A stretch of DNA of 34,001 nt from the NCBI RefSeq assembly GCF_004010195.1, contig NC_057754.1, forward strand, positions 11,997,609-12,031,609, written 5' to 3'. Numbering within the stretch: the first letter of the stretch is position 1; the number at the start of each line of letters is the position of its first letter. A program made the position numbers and the translations under genes. Origin of the DNA: Chiloscyllium plagiosum (taxonomy: Eukaryota). Positions 9,178 to 21,239 of this stretch are shown here, one piece after another. The notes beneath the pieces are model-generated. The model did not search any database, had not been told where the DNA came from, and worked only from the letters and a program-made list of their open reading frames with translations.

Positions 9178-11925
9178 ATTGAAGTGTGTGTACTTCAATG
9201 CGAGACGCATCCAAAATGAAGTGGGTGATATGGCAGCGTGGTTTGGTACCTGGGACTTCGATGTTGTAACCATTACGGAGAAATGGATAGAGCAGGGACA
9301 GGAATAGCTGTTGCAGGTTCCGGGATTCAGATGTTTCAGTAATAAGAGAGAAGATGATAAAAGAGGGGGAGGTGTGGCATTGTTGATCAGGGACAATATT
9401 ACAGTTGTAGAAACGATGTTTGGGGATTCGTTAACTGAGATAGTATGGCCTTAGATTTGAAACAGGAAAGGAGAAGTCACCATGCTGGGAGTTTTCTATA
9501 GGCCTCCGAATAGTCCCAGAGATGTAGAGAAAAGGATAGCAAAGATGATTCTCGATAGGAGTGAGAGAGGCAGGGTAGTTGTCATGGGGGACTTTAACTA
9601 TCCAAATATTGACTGGCATCACTACAGTGCAAGTACTATAGATGGGTCAGTTTTTGTCCAGTGTGTGCAGGGGGGCTTCATGACACAGTATGTAGACAGG
9701 CCTACAAGGGGCGAAGCCACTTTAGATTTAAGATTGGGTAACAAGCCAGGCCAGGTGTTAGATTTGGAAGTTAGGTGAGCACTTTGGAGACAGCGATCAC
9801 AATTCTGTCAGGTTTACTTTAGTGATGGAAAGGGATAGGTGTATTCCACCGAGCAAGAGTTACAGCTGGGGGAAGGGAAATTACGATGCAACTAGGAAAG
9901 ATTTAGGAAGCGTAGAATGGGGAAGGAAACTGCAGGGGATGAGCACATTAAAAATGTGAGCTTTTTCAAGGAAAAGTTCCTGTATGTCCGAGATAAGTAT
10001 ATACCTGTCGGGTATGGAGGAAGATATAGAACACGTGAGCCGTGGTTTACTAAGGAAGTGGAATCCATCTTCAAGAAGAAGAAGGCTTATGTTCGGACAA
10101 AATGTGAAAACTCAGTTAGGGCGCTTGAGGTTTACAACAAGTCAGGAAAGACCTAAAAAGAGAGCTCAAAAGAGCCAGGAGGAGACATGAGACGTTGTTG
10201 GTGGGTGGGATCAGGGTTAACCCTAAGACTTTCCACAGGTATGTCAGGAATAAAAGAATGACAAGAGTTAAATTAAGGACAATCAAGGATAATAGTGGGA
10301 AGTTGTGCGTGGAGCCAGAGGAGATAAGGGAAGCACTAAATAAATATTTTTCGACGGTGTTTACTATAGAAAATGAAAATGTTGACGAGGAAGATACAGA
10401 GATACTTGCATCTAGACTGGAAGAGATTGAGGTTCATAAGGAAGAGATAGTAGAAATACTGCAGAGTTTGAAAATAGACAAGTCCCCTGGGCCAGAAGGG
10501 ATCTATCCAAGTATCCACTGGGCAGCAAGGGAAAAGATTGCCGACCTTTGGCATTGATCTTCAAATCATCATTGCCTACAGGAATAGTGCCTGAGGACTG
10601 GAGGATAGCAAATGTGGTTCCCTTGTTCAAAAAGGGTAGTAGAGACAACTTGGTAATTACAGACCAGTGAGCCTTACTTCAGTTTTTGGTAAAGTGTTGA
10701 AAAAGGTTATAAGAGATAGGATTTATAGCCATCTGGAAAATAATAATCTGGTCAGGGACAGTCAGCACGGTTTTGTGAAGGGTAGGTCGTGCCTTACGAA
10801 TCTTATTGACTTTTTGACAAAGTTACCAAACAGGTAGATGAGAGTAAACCAGTTGATGTGGTGTATATGGATTTCAGCAAGGCGTTCGATAAGGTTCCCC
10901 ACAGTAGGCTATTAGACAAAATGCGAAGGAATGGGACTGTGGGAGACATAGCAGTTTGGATCAGTAATTGGCTTGCTGAAAGAAAACAGAGGGTTGTAGT
11001 TGATGGAACATGTTCATCTTGGTGTCCAGTTACTAGCGGTGTGCCACAGGCTCCACTGCTGTTCGTCATTTCTATAAATGACCTGGATGAGGGCTTGGAA
11101 GGGTTGGGTTAGTAAATTTGCGGACGACACTAAGGTCAGTGGAGTTGTGGATAGTGACGAAGGATGTAGTCGGTTGCAGAGAAATATAGATAGGATGCAG
11201 AGCTGGGCTGAGAGGTGGCAAATGGAGTTTAATGTGGACAAGTGTGAGGTGATACACTTTGGACGGAGTAATCGGAATGCAAAGTACTGGGCTAATGGTA
11301 AGATTCTTGGGACTGCAGATGAGCTGAGAGATCTCGGTGTCCAGATACACAGATCCCTGAAAGTTGCCACCCAGATTGACAGGGTTGTTAAGAAGGCATA
11401 CAGTGTTTTGGCCTTTATTAATAGAGGGATGGAGTTCCAGAACCACGAGGTTATGCTGCAGCTGCACAAAACTCTGGTACAGCCACTCTTGGAGTATTGT
11501 GTACAGTTCTGGTCACCGCATTTTAAGAAGGATGTGGAAGCTTTGGAAAGGGTGTAGAGGAGATTTACTAGGATGTTGCCTGGTATGGAAGGAATGTCTT
11601 CCGAGGTAAGGCTGAGGGCCCTGAGGCTGTTCTCGTTCGAGAGAAGAAGGTTGAGAGGGTGACTTAATAGAGACATACAAGATAATCAGAGGGTTAGATA
11701 GGGTGAACAGGGAGAGCCCTTTTCCAAGTATGTTGACAGCGAGCCCGAGGTGTCACAGCTTTAAGTTGATGGGTAATAGATATAGGACAGATGTCAGAAG
11801 TAGTTTCTTTACTCAGAGTAGTAAGGGTATGGAATGCTTTGCCTGCAACGGTAGTAGATTCGCCAAGTTTAAGTGCATTTAAGTCGTCATTGGGCAGGCA
11901 TATGGACGTACATGGAATAGTGTAG
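9178..11925 (+). pseudogene. CR1 ORF2 (APE endonuclease plus RT), disrupted
   Basis: 'LKCVYFNAR', 'GVFYRPP', 'MGDFNYP', 'SDHN', 'NYRPVSLTS', '[13 protein letters not shown]' and 'SKFADDTK', with several stops and frameshifts. Confidence 0.93.
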
Positions 11926-12479
11926 GTGGGATGGGCTTCAGATTAGTATGACAGGGCAGCGCAGTAACGAGGGCCGAAGGGCCTGTATTGCGCTGTAATG
12001 ATCTATGTTCTATGTACAGGTATTGTGGCAAATGGAAAAAGAAACACAGGGGGGACCGCCAAACATGTCAGTAACAATCAAAACCAAAATACGTTAGACT
12101 AGCACAATCGATCGCACGGTCCAAGTAATTTTTACAATCATATTTTATATAAATAGTACAAGTATAACACTGACTACCATACTATATCTTTCACGAAGCT
12201 CTTCACGAAAAAAGTGTATGAACCGATTGATGACGTGATACCAAAACGGAATTCCAGTTCTGCACATGATTATACGCCGATGTAAAATGAAATTCCTTCT
12301 AAATGTAAACTCCAATTCCCATCTTCAAGCTCAGTTTCAAGGTTTGTAGACCCGATTACATTCCTCTTGTAGCGGTACACGCTGAGTGTGCATTTTGCAG
12401 CCAGAGGTTAGGTTTTGCTGCTCAGCTAGTGCCACAGGTGAAATCCTGTAAGTGGAGTCTGTGTTAGAAAAATAGGCTC

Positions 12480-12720
12480 GTAATCGGTTACAGCCAAATC
12501 GCATTTAATAAATGAGAACTAAATGCATACTGAATGGGGCAAAAAATCAAAGGACCGTCAAGACTACTGCAGTTCCTATGGTATTTTTCCGATGGTTAAT
12601 CGCATGGAGGGTTACATACATTTTGTTGGAAAGTATATTGAGGAGATATTCTACCATGAACTAGAATGAGCCAGGCTCAATGTGTTGAATGGCCGACCAT
12701 TCCTAAAGTTTCTGTGCGGT
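12480..12720 (+). mobile_element. Very old CR1 3'-end remnant
   Basis: ccatgaactagaatgagccaggctcaatgtgttgaatggccgacc resembles the CR1 3' UTR seen at 30265-30340. Confidence 0.4.
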
Positions 12721-13048
12721 CTGTGGGAAAGTTCTCCAAAAGTTGTGGCAACTCGCAGGTGTTGGGAAGGAGGTTTTTGCAGGGTTAACAGGACTGTTTT
12801 TCCCCTCCCTTTTCCGATACCAAGGTTGGTGCTGGGTGTTCTGTCCAGTTTAGTCCTTTAAGACCTCGCTAAGGTTTGATACAATTGAGTGTCTTGCTTG
12901 GCTGTTTGAAGTGTTTGAAGCGTTTGTCACCTGTCTCTATGTCTGGAGTCATTTTCTGTTCAGGCGAGAAAACCAAGGGAGATTTGCTTCCAGAAAGTAC
13001 ATTAGTTGCACAAATTGGTGTTTACATTCGACATTGGCTTCAAGGTCA

Positions 13049-13239
13049 GGATTCGAGTGGTGCTGGAAATGCACGGCACATCGCATAGCATCCGAGGAGA
13101 AGGAAAATTGATGCTTCGGGCAAAACCTATTCATCAGGATTTTCCTGCTCTTCAGATGCTGCCTGACCTGCTGCACTTTTCCAGCACAACTCTAATCTTG
13201 ACTCTAGTTTCTAGCACCTGCAGTACCCACTTTCGCCTA
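13049..13239. mobile_element. Non-autonomous fold-back PLE-derived insertion with 16-bp TSD
   Basis: Inverted arms at about 13045-13108 and 13139-13202, flanked by attggcttcaaggtca (13033-13048) and attgacttcaaggtca (13240-13255). Confidence 0.8.
13109..13138 (-). ncRNA. Degenerate minimal hammerhead ribozyme core
   Basis: Minus strand reads c-CUGAUGA-AUAGG-UUUU-GCCC-GAAG-C-AUC. The CUGAUGA box is intact, while stem II and GAAA are partly mutated. Confidence 0.7.
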
Positions 13240-13399
13240 ATTGACTTCAAGGTCACTGTTACTGATACCAGATTATAGATCTCGACATTTTGTTAATTGT
13301 TTTAAACTTCCACCAGATGCCAGAGTATTGTCCTTACTGATGCATTTCTACAATAGCACCATCCACACATGGGGACCTTTCGGAAACCACACTGAGCTT

Positions 13400-14135
13400 G
13401 CTTATATCTGTATTGCCTGACAGCTCTGTCAAAAAGAACTCCTACCAATTTGACTATCGTGTTGGGACTAAGGGGTAGTAATTGGTTAGATTGTATTTAT
13501 TCTTCCCTTAGGGGACGGGACAACAATGTGTAATTTTCCACATTGCCAGGTCGATGTCAGAGTTGGAGCTGGAATGTAAAAGCTTCCCAAGAAGTATGGC
13601 TTGTTGTGCACGACACATCTTCAATCCTACTGCACGAGTGGAGTCAGTGTCCATTGGCTTTGTTGTATCTAATGTGTTCAGCTGTTTCTTCAGGTCACGT
13701 GCAGGGAATCGAATTGGTTGAAAGTGAGCATCTGCGATATTGTGGGCATCATAACGAGGATGATGTGGGTCATCAACTCAGCACTTCTGGATGAGGGTGA
13801 AGTGAATACTACATACGTCCTTATCTATACTGGTGTGCAGGGCTGTTCCATTCACTTGTGGAGCCCTATCCTCTCGTGATATTTTCAATAGTCCATCAAC
13901 ATTTATGACTGGATGAGGCAAGACTGGAAAGCTTACATCTGATCTGTTGGTGTTGAAATCATTTTGCACTTTCTCTCAGATATTACTTCTGCTGTTTGAA
14001 ATTCAAGCAGTCAAGTGTTAGAGCTTTAACAGATTGTCATCAGTTTTAGGTAGAGATTGTTTTGAAGCAGGCATGCTCATTCACACTCCTCACGGAACCA
14101 TAGATCAGTTTGATCATAATGGTTGACTAAGGGGA
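13400..14135 (-). mobile_element. Old LINE (CR1/L2 group) ORF2 fragment
   Basis: Minus strand gives 'LGKLLHSSSNSDIDLAMWKITHCCPV..K..YNLTNYYP', a decayed pre-RT 'WK.A.V.PV.K...NYRP' motif. Confidence 0.65.
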
Positions 14136-14149
14136 AAAAACTTACCGAT

Positions 14150-17100
14150 TATGGTAAAATGTGAGTGAGGTGTAGCAGGTGAGGGACATGATACATGTTT
14201 CTGCCGACCACATCTGCAGGAAGTGCACACAATTCCAGCTCCTCGAAAAATGAGTTAGGGTACTGTAGCTTGAGCTGGATGAACTGCGAGAGGCTGAGAG
14301 AGAAATTGAAACGATGTATAGGGAGGTGGTCACTCCTCAGACACAGGATAAGGACAGTTGGGTTACAGTCAGGGAAGGAAAAGAGAATCGTAGATAGACC
14401 AGGGATCCCCTGTGGCCGTACCCCTCGGCAATAAGTATGCCGTTTTGGATACTGCTAATGGGGATGGCCTACCAGGGGAACTGCATAGTGGTCAGGCCTC
14501 TGGCACTGAGCCTGGCACTGAGGCTCGGAAGAATAGTAAAGCGCTGGTGCAAGGGGACTCAATAGTTAGACGGATTGACAGGAGATTTTGTGGTCACGAA
14601 TGAAACTCCCTAAAGATATGTTGTCTCCCCAGTGCCAGGATACGGGATGTCGCCAATTGGGTTTACACGATTCTGAAGGGGGAAGGTGAGTAGCTAGAAA
14701 TCTTGGTACATTTGGCACCAGTGATACAGCCAGGAAAGTGATTGAGGATCTGAAGTGTGACTACAGAGAGCTAGGTTGGAAGCTGACAAGCACTATGAGT
14801 AAAGTAGTGATCGCAGGTTTGATGCCGGTGCCACGAGACATTAAGGTGAGGCAGAGTCAGCTTAATGCATGGCTCCGAGGCTGGTGCTGGAGGGAAGGCT
14901 TCTGATACTTAGACGATTGAGATGCCTTCTGGGGAAGGTGGGACCTGTACATGAAGGACGGTTTGCACATGAAATGGAGGGGCACAAATGTCCTAGGCGG
15001 GAGATTTGTTCGTGTGGTTTTGGAGGGTTTAAACTAATTTGGCAAGGGGGTGGGAACCAGAACTTCATATCTGAGAGGAGATATTTGTAGATGTAGTGAA
15101 TCTATCGGAAAGGTTTTTCACGTGAAAAACCAAGGAGATCTGTTAAAGTGTGTCTGCTTTAACGCAAGGAGTGTCAGAAATAAGAGCGATGCAACAGTAC
15201 TTGGGAATATGATGATGTGGCCATAATGGAGACGTGGGTTTCACAGGGGCAGGAAAGGTTGCTAGATGTTCCAGGTTTTAGAACGTTTAAAAATAACAAG
15301 GAGGTTGGAAAAAAGGAGGTGATGTAGCATTATAAATCCGTGTACATCACAGCTGCAAAAACAAAGCTTGTTGAGGAAGGTTTGTCTTCTGAATCACTGT
15401 GGGCAGAAGACAGGAAAAGCAAGGGAGCCTTATTAGGGGGTTTTCTATAGACCCCGTAAGAGCAATAGAGAGATTGAAGAACTGATAGGCCGGCAAATGT
15501 TAGAAAAATGCAGATGTCACAGGGTTGTTATTATGGGTGACTTCAACTTTCCCAATATTGACTGGAACCTCATTAGTGCAGATGGTTTAGATAGAGCAGT
15601 TTTTGTTAGATGTGTTCAGGAGGGTTTCCTTACTCAGTGTGCAGATAGGCCGACGGGGGGAGAGGCCATTTTGGATTTGGTGCTTGGCAATGAACCAGGA
15701 CAGGTGTCAGATCTTGCAGTGGGTGAACACTTTGCTGACAGTGACCACAACTGCCTAACATTTAACATGGCCTGGGAGAGGGAGAGGAGTATTTACCAAG
15801 GGAATATAGTTAATTGGGGAAAAGGAAATTATTACGCTATAAGGCAGGAATTGGGAAGTACAGATTGGAAGCAACTGTTCCATCTTAAGGGCACAGCAGA
15901 CATGTGGAGACTTATTAAGGAGCAGTTGTTCCGAGAGTGCACAAATTCGTTCCTGGCAAGAAGGGGTAAAATTAAGGAGCCTTGAATGACGAGAACAAAG
16001 GAGCTTCTCGTCAAAAGGAAGAATGCAGCTTACGTAAGGTGGAAGAATCAAAGATTTAGCGCATCTTTAGAGGATTACAGGCTTACTAGAAAGGAGCTCA
16101 GAAAAAGGCTTGGCAGGAAGAATTAGGGAGAACCCAAAGGCATTTTACTCGTACGGGAGGAATAAGAGAATGATCAGGGAGATGATAGGGCCGGTCGGTG
16201 ATAGCGTTAGCAACTTGAGTGTGGAGTCTGAGCAGATAAGGAAAGACCTAAATGAGTTTTCTGCCTCGGTTTTCACTAAGGAAAGAGACCTTGTTGTGAA
16301 TGAGAAATTTGAGGAGCTAGGAAACAGGCTTGAACAGATCATGATTGGTGAAGTTGATGTGCTGGACATTTTGGCAAACATTAACATTGTTGAGTCCTCA
16401 GAGCCAGACCAGATTTATCCTAGTTTGCTCTGGGAAGCAAGAATGGAGGTTGTAAAGCAGCTGGCGAAGATCTTTGCTTCCTCGCTCTCCACGGTAGTCA
16501 TACCAGACGTTTGGACAGAGGCCAATGTTGTTGCTCTTTTCAATAATGGGAATAGGGAAATACCTGGCAATTACAGACCAGTCAGTCTTAAGATGGTGGT
16601 CAGTAAGGTTTTGGAAAAAATTCTGAGGAATGTCATTTATGATTATTTGGAAACGCATAGCATGATTAGAGGCAGTCAGCATGGCTTTGTGAGGGTCCGG
16701 TCATGCTTCACCAATCTTATTGAGTTCTTTGAGGACATGACGAGACAGGTCAATGAAGGTCGAGCAGTGGATGTGGTGCATATGGACGTCAGCAAGGCAT
16801 TGTTTCAGGTTCCTAATGGTAGGCACATTAATGCTGTCATGGGTTTGGCTGTCTGGATTCAGAATTGGTCGGCTGATAGAAGGCAGAGAGTGGTTGTAGG
16901 TGGGAAGTGTTCTGCCTAGAGATTAGTGGTGAGTGGTGTCTCACAGGGCTCTGTTCTTGGGCCTCTGGTTTTGTAGTTTTTGTAAATGACTTTGAGAAGG
17001 TTCAGGGGTGGGTTAGTAAATTTGCTGATGACACAAAGTTTGGAGAAACCGTTAATAGCATTAAGGGGTATTGCAGGCTGTAGCGTGACATAGACAGGAT

Positions 17101-17913
17101 GGAGAGCTGGGCTAAGAAATGGCAGATGGAGTTCAATCTGGATTAATGCGAAGAGATGCATTTTGGAAGGTCGAACTCAAATGCTGAATATATGACAAAA
17201 GAATGGATTCTTGTCGCTGTGGAGGAACAGAGGGATATGGGTGTTCACGTGTATAGATCCCTCAAAGTTACCAATCAAGTGGATAGGGTTGTTAAGAAAG
17301 CATGTGGTGTTTTGGCTTTCATTAACAGCGGGATTGTTTAAGAGCAGTGAGGCTTTGCTGCACATCTACAAGATCCTGGTGAGACCACACTTGGAATATT
17401 GTGTCCAGTTCTGTTCGCCCTATTATAGAAAACATACAGAGGCTTTGGTGAGGTTGCAATTAAGGTTTACCAGGATGCTGCCTGGACTGAGGATTTGTAT
17501 TAGGAAGAGAGGTTGACTAAGCTCAGAATTTTCTCTCTGGAGAGAAGGAGGAAGAGAGCTGACCTGATCGAGATGTGCAAGGTAATATGAGGCATAGATA
17601 GAGTCAATAGCCAGGGAGTTTTCCCCAAGGAAGGATTGACTGGCACGAAGGGTCATAGTTTTAAGACAGTTGGTGGAAGATATACTGGAGGCGTCAGAAG
17701 TATGTTCTTTACGCAGAGAGTTGTGAATGCATGTAATGCGTTGCCAGTGGGTCATTAGGGGCACTTAAGCGACTGCTGTACATGATCATGGACAACATTG
17801 AATTGAGGGGTGCGTAGTTTAGGTAATATTATTTAAATTAGGAATAATCCTCGGCACAACATCGTGGGCCAAAGGGCTTGTTCTCTGCTGTACTTTTCTA
17901 TGTTCTATGTTCT
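14150..17913 (+). mobile_element. Second near-full-length CR1 LINE (more decayed)
   Basis: ORF1 ('HICRKCTQFQLL', 'VQGDSIV', 'KDGLH'), ORF2 from about 15142 ('LKCVCFNAR', 'MGDFNFP', 'SDHN', 'NYRPVSL', 'SKFADDTK') and a tail ttctatgttctatgttct. Confidence 0.93.
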
Positions 17914-18077
17914 GAAATGTAATTCTACTTCTGTTGCTGTTGTGGTCGACAGCACCCCATGAATATCAGGAATTCTGTATTCAAGACTGCTTGGAGAACT
18001 AGATTAATAAAAGTATTTAAAGAGGATTTTTGACTTGGAAATTATTCGAGGTCCAATTTGCCAGGCAAGATGAGTGA

Positions 18078-18800
18078 GAGTCATCGAGTCTTAGAGTTAT
18101 ACAGTGTGGAAATAGACCATTTGGCCCATCTGACATAGTTTTCTTAAACAGAACTATTCCCATGTGCTTGAATTTGACACTCGTCCTGTCGATGTACTTG
18201 ACCAAATGTCTTTTAAATGATGTAAATGTACTCGTCCCGACCACTTCTTTTGACAGCTTGTTCCATTTATGCACCACACTCTCCATAAAAGAAATTCCAC
18301 TTATATCCCTTTTCAATCTTTCTGCTCTCACCTTAAAACTGTCTGTTCTAGTTGTGGACTCCTCCACCTGGAGAAAAGCCCTTAGCAATCTATCACATCC
18401 ATGCCCCTCATGATTTCATAAATCGCGATAAGGTTACCGCTCAGTTTCCTGCGTAAAAGGGCAAAAAATGCAAGGTTATCCAGCCTACCTTTATTTCCAC
18501 AAACCTCCAGTCTCTCACTCTTTGCAGTTTATATCAATCTTCCGTAAGCAGGGCGACAAGAATTTTACTCATTATTCCAAATGTCTATTTAACATTGTCT
18601 TGTACTGCTGCAATACGATGTCCCTACTCCTACACTCAATGCTCTGACCGATGAAGGCAAGCCTTCTTCACTGCCCTGTCTAACTGCAATACAATTTTCA
18701 AGTATAAATGCACCTGCACCCGGGTCTCCCTGTTCGGCAGAGCCCTCCGGTTAACCATGTAAATTCTGCCTGGTTTGTCTTGCTAAATATAACACCTCAC
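18078..18800 (-). mobile_element. CR1 3' fragment
   Basis: Minus-strand ORF 'TRTDSFKVRAERLKRD..FMESVVHKWNKL' and a gagtcatcgagtc tail. Confidence 0.8.
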
Positions 18801-18802
18801 AT

Positions 18803-19942
18803 TAGAACATAGAAAATTACAGCACAGTCTAGGCCAGTCGGGCCTTGATGTTGCACAGATCTGTGAAACCAATCTGAAGCCTATCTAATCTATACTATTC
18901 CATTAGGATTCCCATGTTTATCTGTGACCTTAAAGTTGGTGAGTCTAGCACTGTTATAGGCAGGGTGTTCCACGCCCTTACTGCTCTCTGATTAAAAATA
19001 TACTAACTCTGACATCTTTTCTATTTCTATAACCCCTCAATTTAAAGCAATGCCCCTTTATGCTGGCCATCATCAACAGAGGAAACAGTTTCTCACCCTA
19101 TCTAATCCTCTGATCATTTTGTTTATCTTAATTAAGTCACCTCTCGACTTTGTTCTCACTAATGAAAACAGCTGCAAGGCCCTCAGCCTTTCCTGATAAG
19201 ACCTTCTGTCCACACTAGGAAACATCCGGTTAATCTGCTCTGCACCCTTCCCAATGCTTCCATTTGTTTCATAGAATGCAGCGACCGGAACAGTACACAA
19301 CACTCCAAGTGCGGCCACACCAGAGTTTTGTACAGCTGCAACATGACCTCATGGCTACGAAACTCAATTCCTCTACCAGTAAAAGCCAATACAACATATG
19401 CCTTCGTAACAACCCTATCATCCTGGGTGGCAACTTTCAGGGATCTATGCACCTGGACACTGAAATCTCTCTGCTCATCCATACTACCAAGAATCTTATC
19501 ATTAGCCCTGTATTCTGCATTCCTGTTGCTCCTTCCAAAGTGAATCACCTCACATTTTTCCGCATTAAACACCATTTGCCACCACACAGATCAGCTCTGC
19601 ACCTTATCTGTGTCCCTCAGCAACCTGCATCATCCTTTGGCACTGTCCACAACTCCAACGATCTTGGCGTCATCGGCAAGTTTACTAGCCTATCCTTCTA
19701 CACCCTCATCAAAGTCATTTACAAAAATGACAAACAACAGTGGCCACAAGACAAATCATTGCGTTCCACAACCGGTAACACAACTTCAAGATAAACATCC
19801 CCAATTAAACTTATCAAGCATTTTACTGAAATCCATATACACAACATCAACAACTTATGCCACCTGTTTGGTCACCTTCTCAAAGAACTCAATAAGGTTT
19901 GTGAGGCACGACCTACCCTTCACAAAACCGTGTTGACTACCC
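18803..19942 (-). mobile_element. 5'-truncated CR1 with internal deletions
   Basis: 'WQMVFNAEKCEVIHFGRSN...VWPHLECCV' and a tagaacatagaa tail. It breaks off at SQHGFVKG. Confidence 0.9.
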
Positions 19943-19947
19943 CTACA

Positions 19948-20060
19948 ATTGAATTGAAATAACTTTATTGTCACGTACACTCTAAAGTGTGCAGTGAAAA
20001 ATTTACAATATTGTTGCTTATGACGCTATCTTTTGTACGGGGTACCTAGGTTCAGTTTCT
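19948..20060 (-). mobile_element. Probable LINE 3' tail (L2/Rex1-like)
   Basis: ttgaattgaaataactttattgtcac...cagtgaaaa, the reverse complement of an AATAAA plus (TTCAA)n tail. Confidence 0.45.
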
Positions 20061-20154
20061 TCAGCATTTGTGACAAAAATGAAAGAATAATGATTGAAAG
20101 TCTAGCAGAGGAATAAAAATAAACAAAGAACGGACTCGAATTAGAGTCACTTCA

Positions 20155-20348
20155 CTCCAGTCTACACTAGGACCGATTCTCTAGACCGCACCGAGCCCAA
20201 ACTCCACACCAACCCGGGCACAGTGTGCAGACTGAACCAGGCCCAGTCTCCGGATCACACCTGGCCGAGTCTCCAGACTGCACCAGGTCAAGGTTCCAGA
20301 CCGCACCAAGTCTGCAGACTACACTGGGCTGATTATCCAAACTGCCAG
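20155..20348. repeat. Degenerate minisatellite, unit about 20-22 bp (gtctccagactgcaccaggccna)
   Basis: Variants tctctagaccgcaccgag, tctccggatcacacctgg, tctccagactgcaccagg, ttccagaccgcaccaag and tctgcagactacactggg. Confidence 0.75.
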
Positions 20349-20354
20349 AACATT

Positions 20355-20597
20355 TGGTTTTGTGAAGGGCAGGTCGTGCCTCACAAACCTTATTGAATTC
20401 TTTGAAAAGGTGACGAAGGAGGTTGATGAGGGGAAAGCGGTAGATGTGGTATATATGGATTTTAGTAAGGCGTTTGATAAGGTTCCCCATGGTAGGCTAC
20501 TGCAGAAAATACGGAGATATGGCATTGAGGGTGAGTTGGAGGTTTGGATTAGGAATTGGCTGGATGGAAGAAGACAGAGGGTAGTAGTTGATGGATT
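20355..20597 (+). mobile_element. Young internal CR1 RT fragment
   Basis: Uninterrupted 'GFVKGRSCLTNLIEFFEKVT...[17 protein letters not shown]...RRQRVVVDG'. Confidence 0.92.
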
Positions 20598-20730
20598 GCC
20601 TATCTGTATCCTTTGGAGTCTTTCAGTGTCCTCTGCATACTTTGCTATACCAATCATTTTAGCATCGTCCACCAACGTTGACACATTACACTTAGTCCTC
20701 AAATATAAACTATCTGTGGACTAAATTGGT
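20598..20730 (-). mobile_element. CR1 RT fragment
   Basis: Minus strand 'TKCNVSTLVDDAKMIG...EDTERLQR' (FADD region). Confidence 0.75.
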
Positions 20731-21024
20731 CATTTGATAATCAGATCCTTTTTTACAATCATGCAGATACCATCTCTTATTCAGATATCTGTTCCACCTC
20801 CTTCTCAGTTTTGTATATCACTTCCAAATATAAAATGTTCTGGACATTCAGTCCCCATCTCGCCGTGTCTGTCTAATGTCATAGAATCATATCTATTTCG
20901 ATTTCCTTCACTAAGTTCTCCAATCTTTCTTGACAAAAACAAACCCCTTTCCGATAAAGTTTCTTCTATTCAGCTTTTTAAGCTATTATAATCGACTCAA
21001 TTGTCACTTTTATTTCTTAATTTA

Positions 21025-21200
21025 ACAGATCAAGAAACAGTCTGACATCGTCATACTCACAGAATCAGACCTAATGAATAATGTTTCCCACCAGCAGGAC
21101 AGACCCACAGTGGTGGAGCCACTGTGTAATACAGTCAGTAAAGTAGTTACCCTGGAATTCCCCAACATTGATTCCAGAACCCGGGAAGGAAAACAAAAAG
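21025..21200 (+). mobile_element. LINE APE endonuclease N-terminal fragment
   Basis: 'KKQSDIVILTESDL...HQQDRP' is the APE 'PDI..LTE' and 'R.DR..GGG' region, decayed. Confidence 0.65.
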
Positions 21201-21239
21201 TTGATTTGCTTGCGCAGCAGATGAGCAAGAAGACAAGTG

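Larger units (their letters stand above)
7885..12014 (+). mobile_element. Near-full-length CR1 LINE (inactive)
   Basis: 5' UTR, ORF1, ORF2 and a 3' tail (tctatgttctatg) are colinear. Confidence 0.95.
12870..13330 (-). mobile_element. Old SINE-like shark repeat interrupted by the 13049-13239 insertion
   Basis: The motif tctggagtca...gatttgcttccagaaagtacattagt is recognised from memory as a common shark repeat. The sequence resumes after the TSD. Family and strand are uncertain. Confidence 0.45.

Noticed and set aside
7860..12025. Target-site duplication for the first full-length CR1
   Set aside because: Only a weak tgcaggtt/tacaggta resemblance, which is not convincing.
20155..20348. CRISPR-like array
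   Set aside because: Contiguous degenerate units with no unique spacers, no cas genes, and a vertebrate context.
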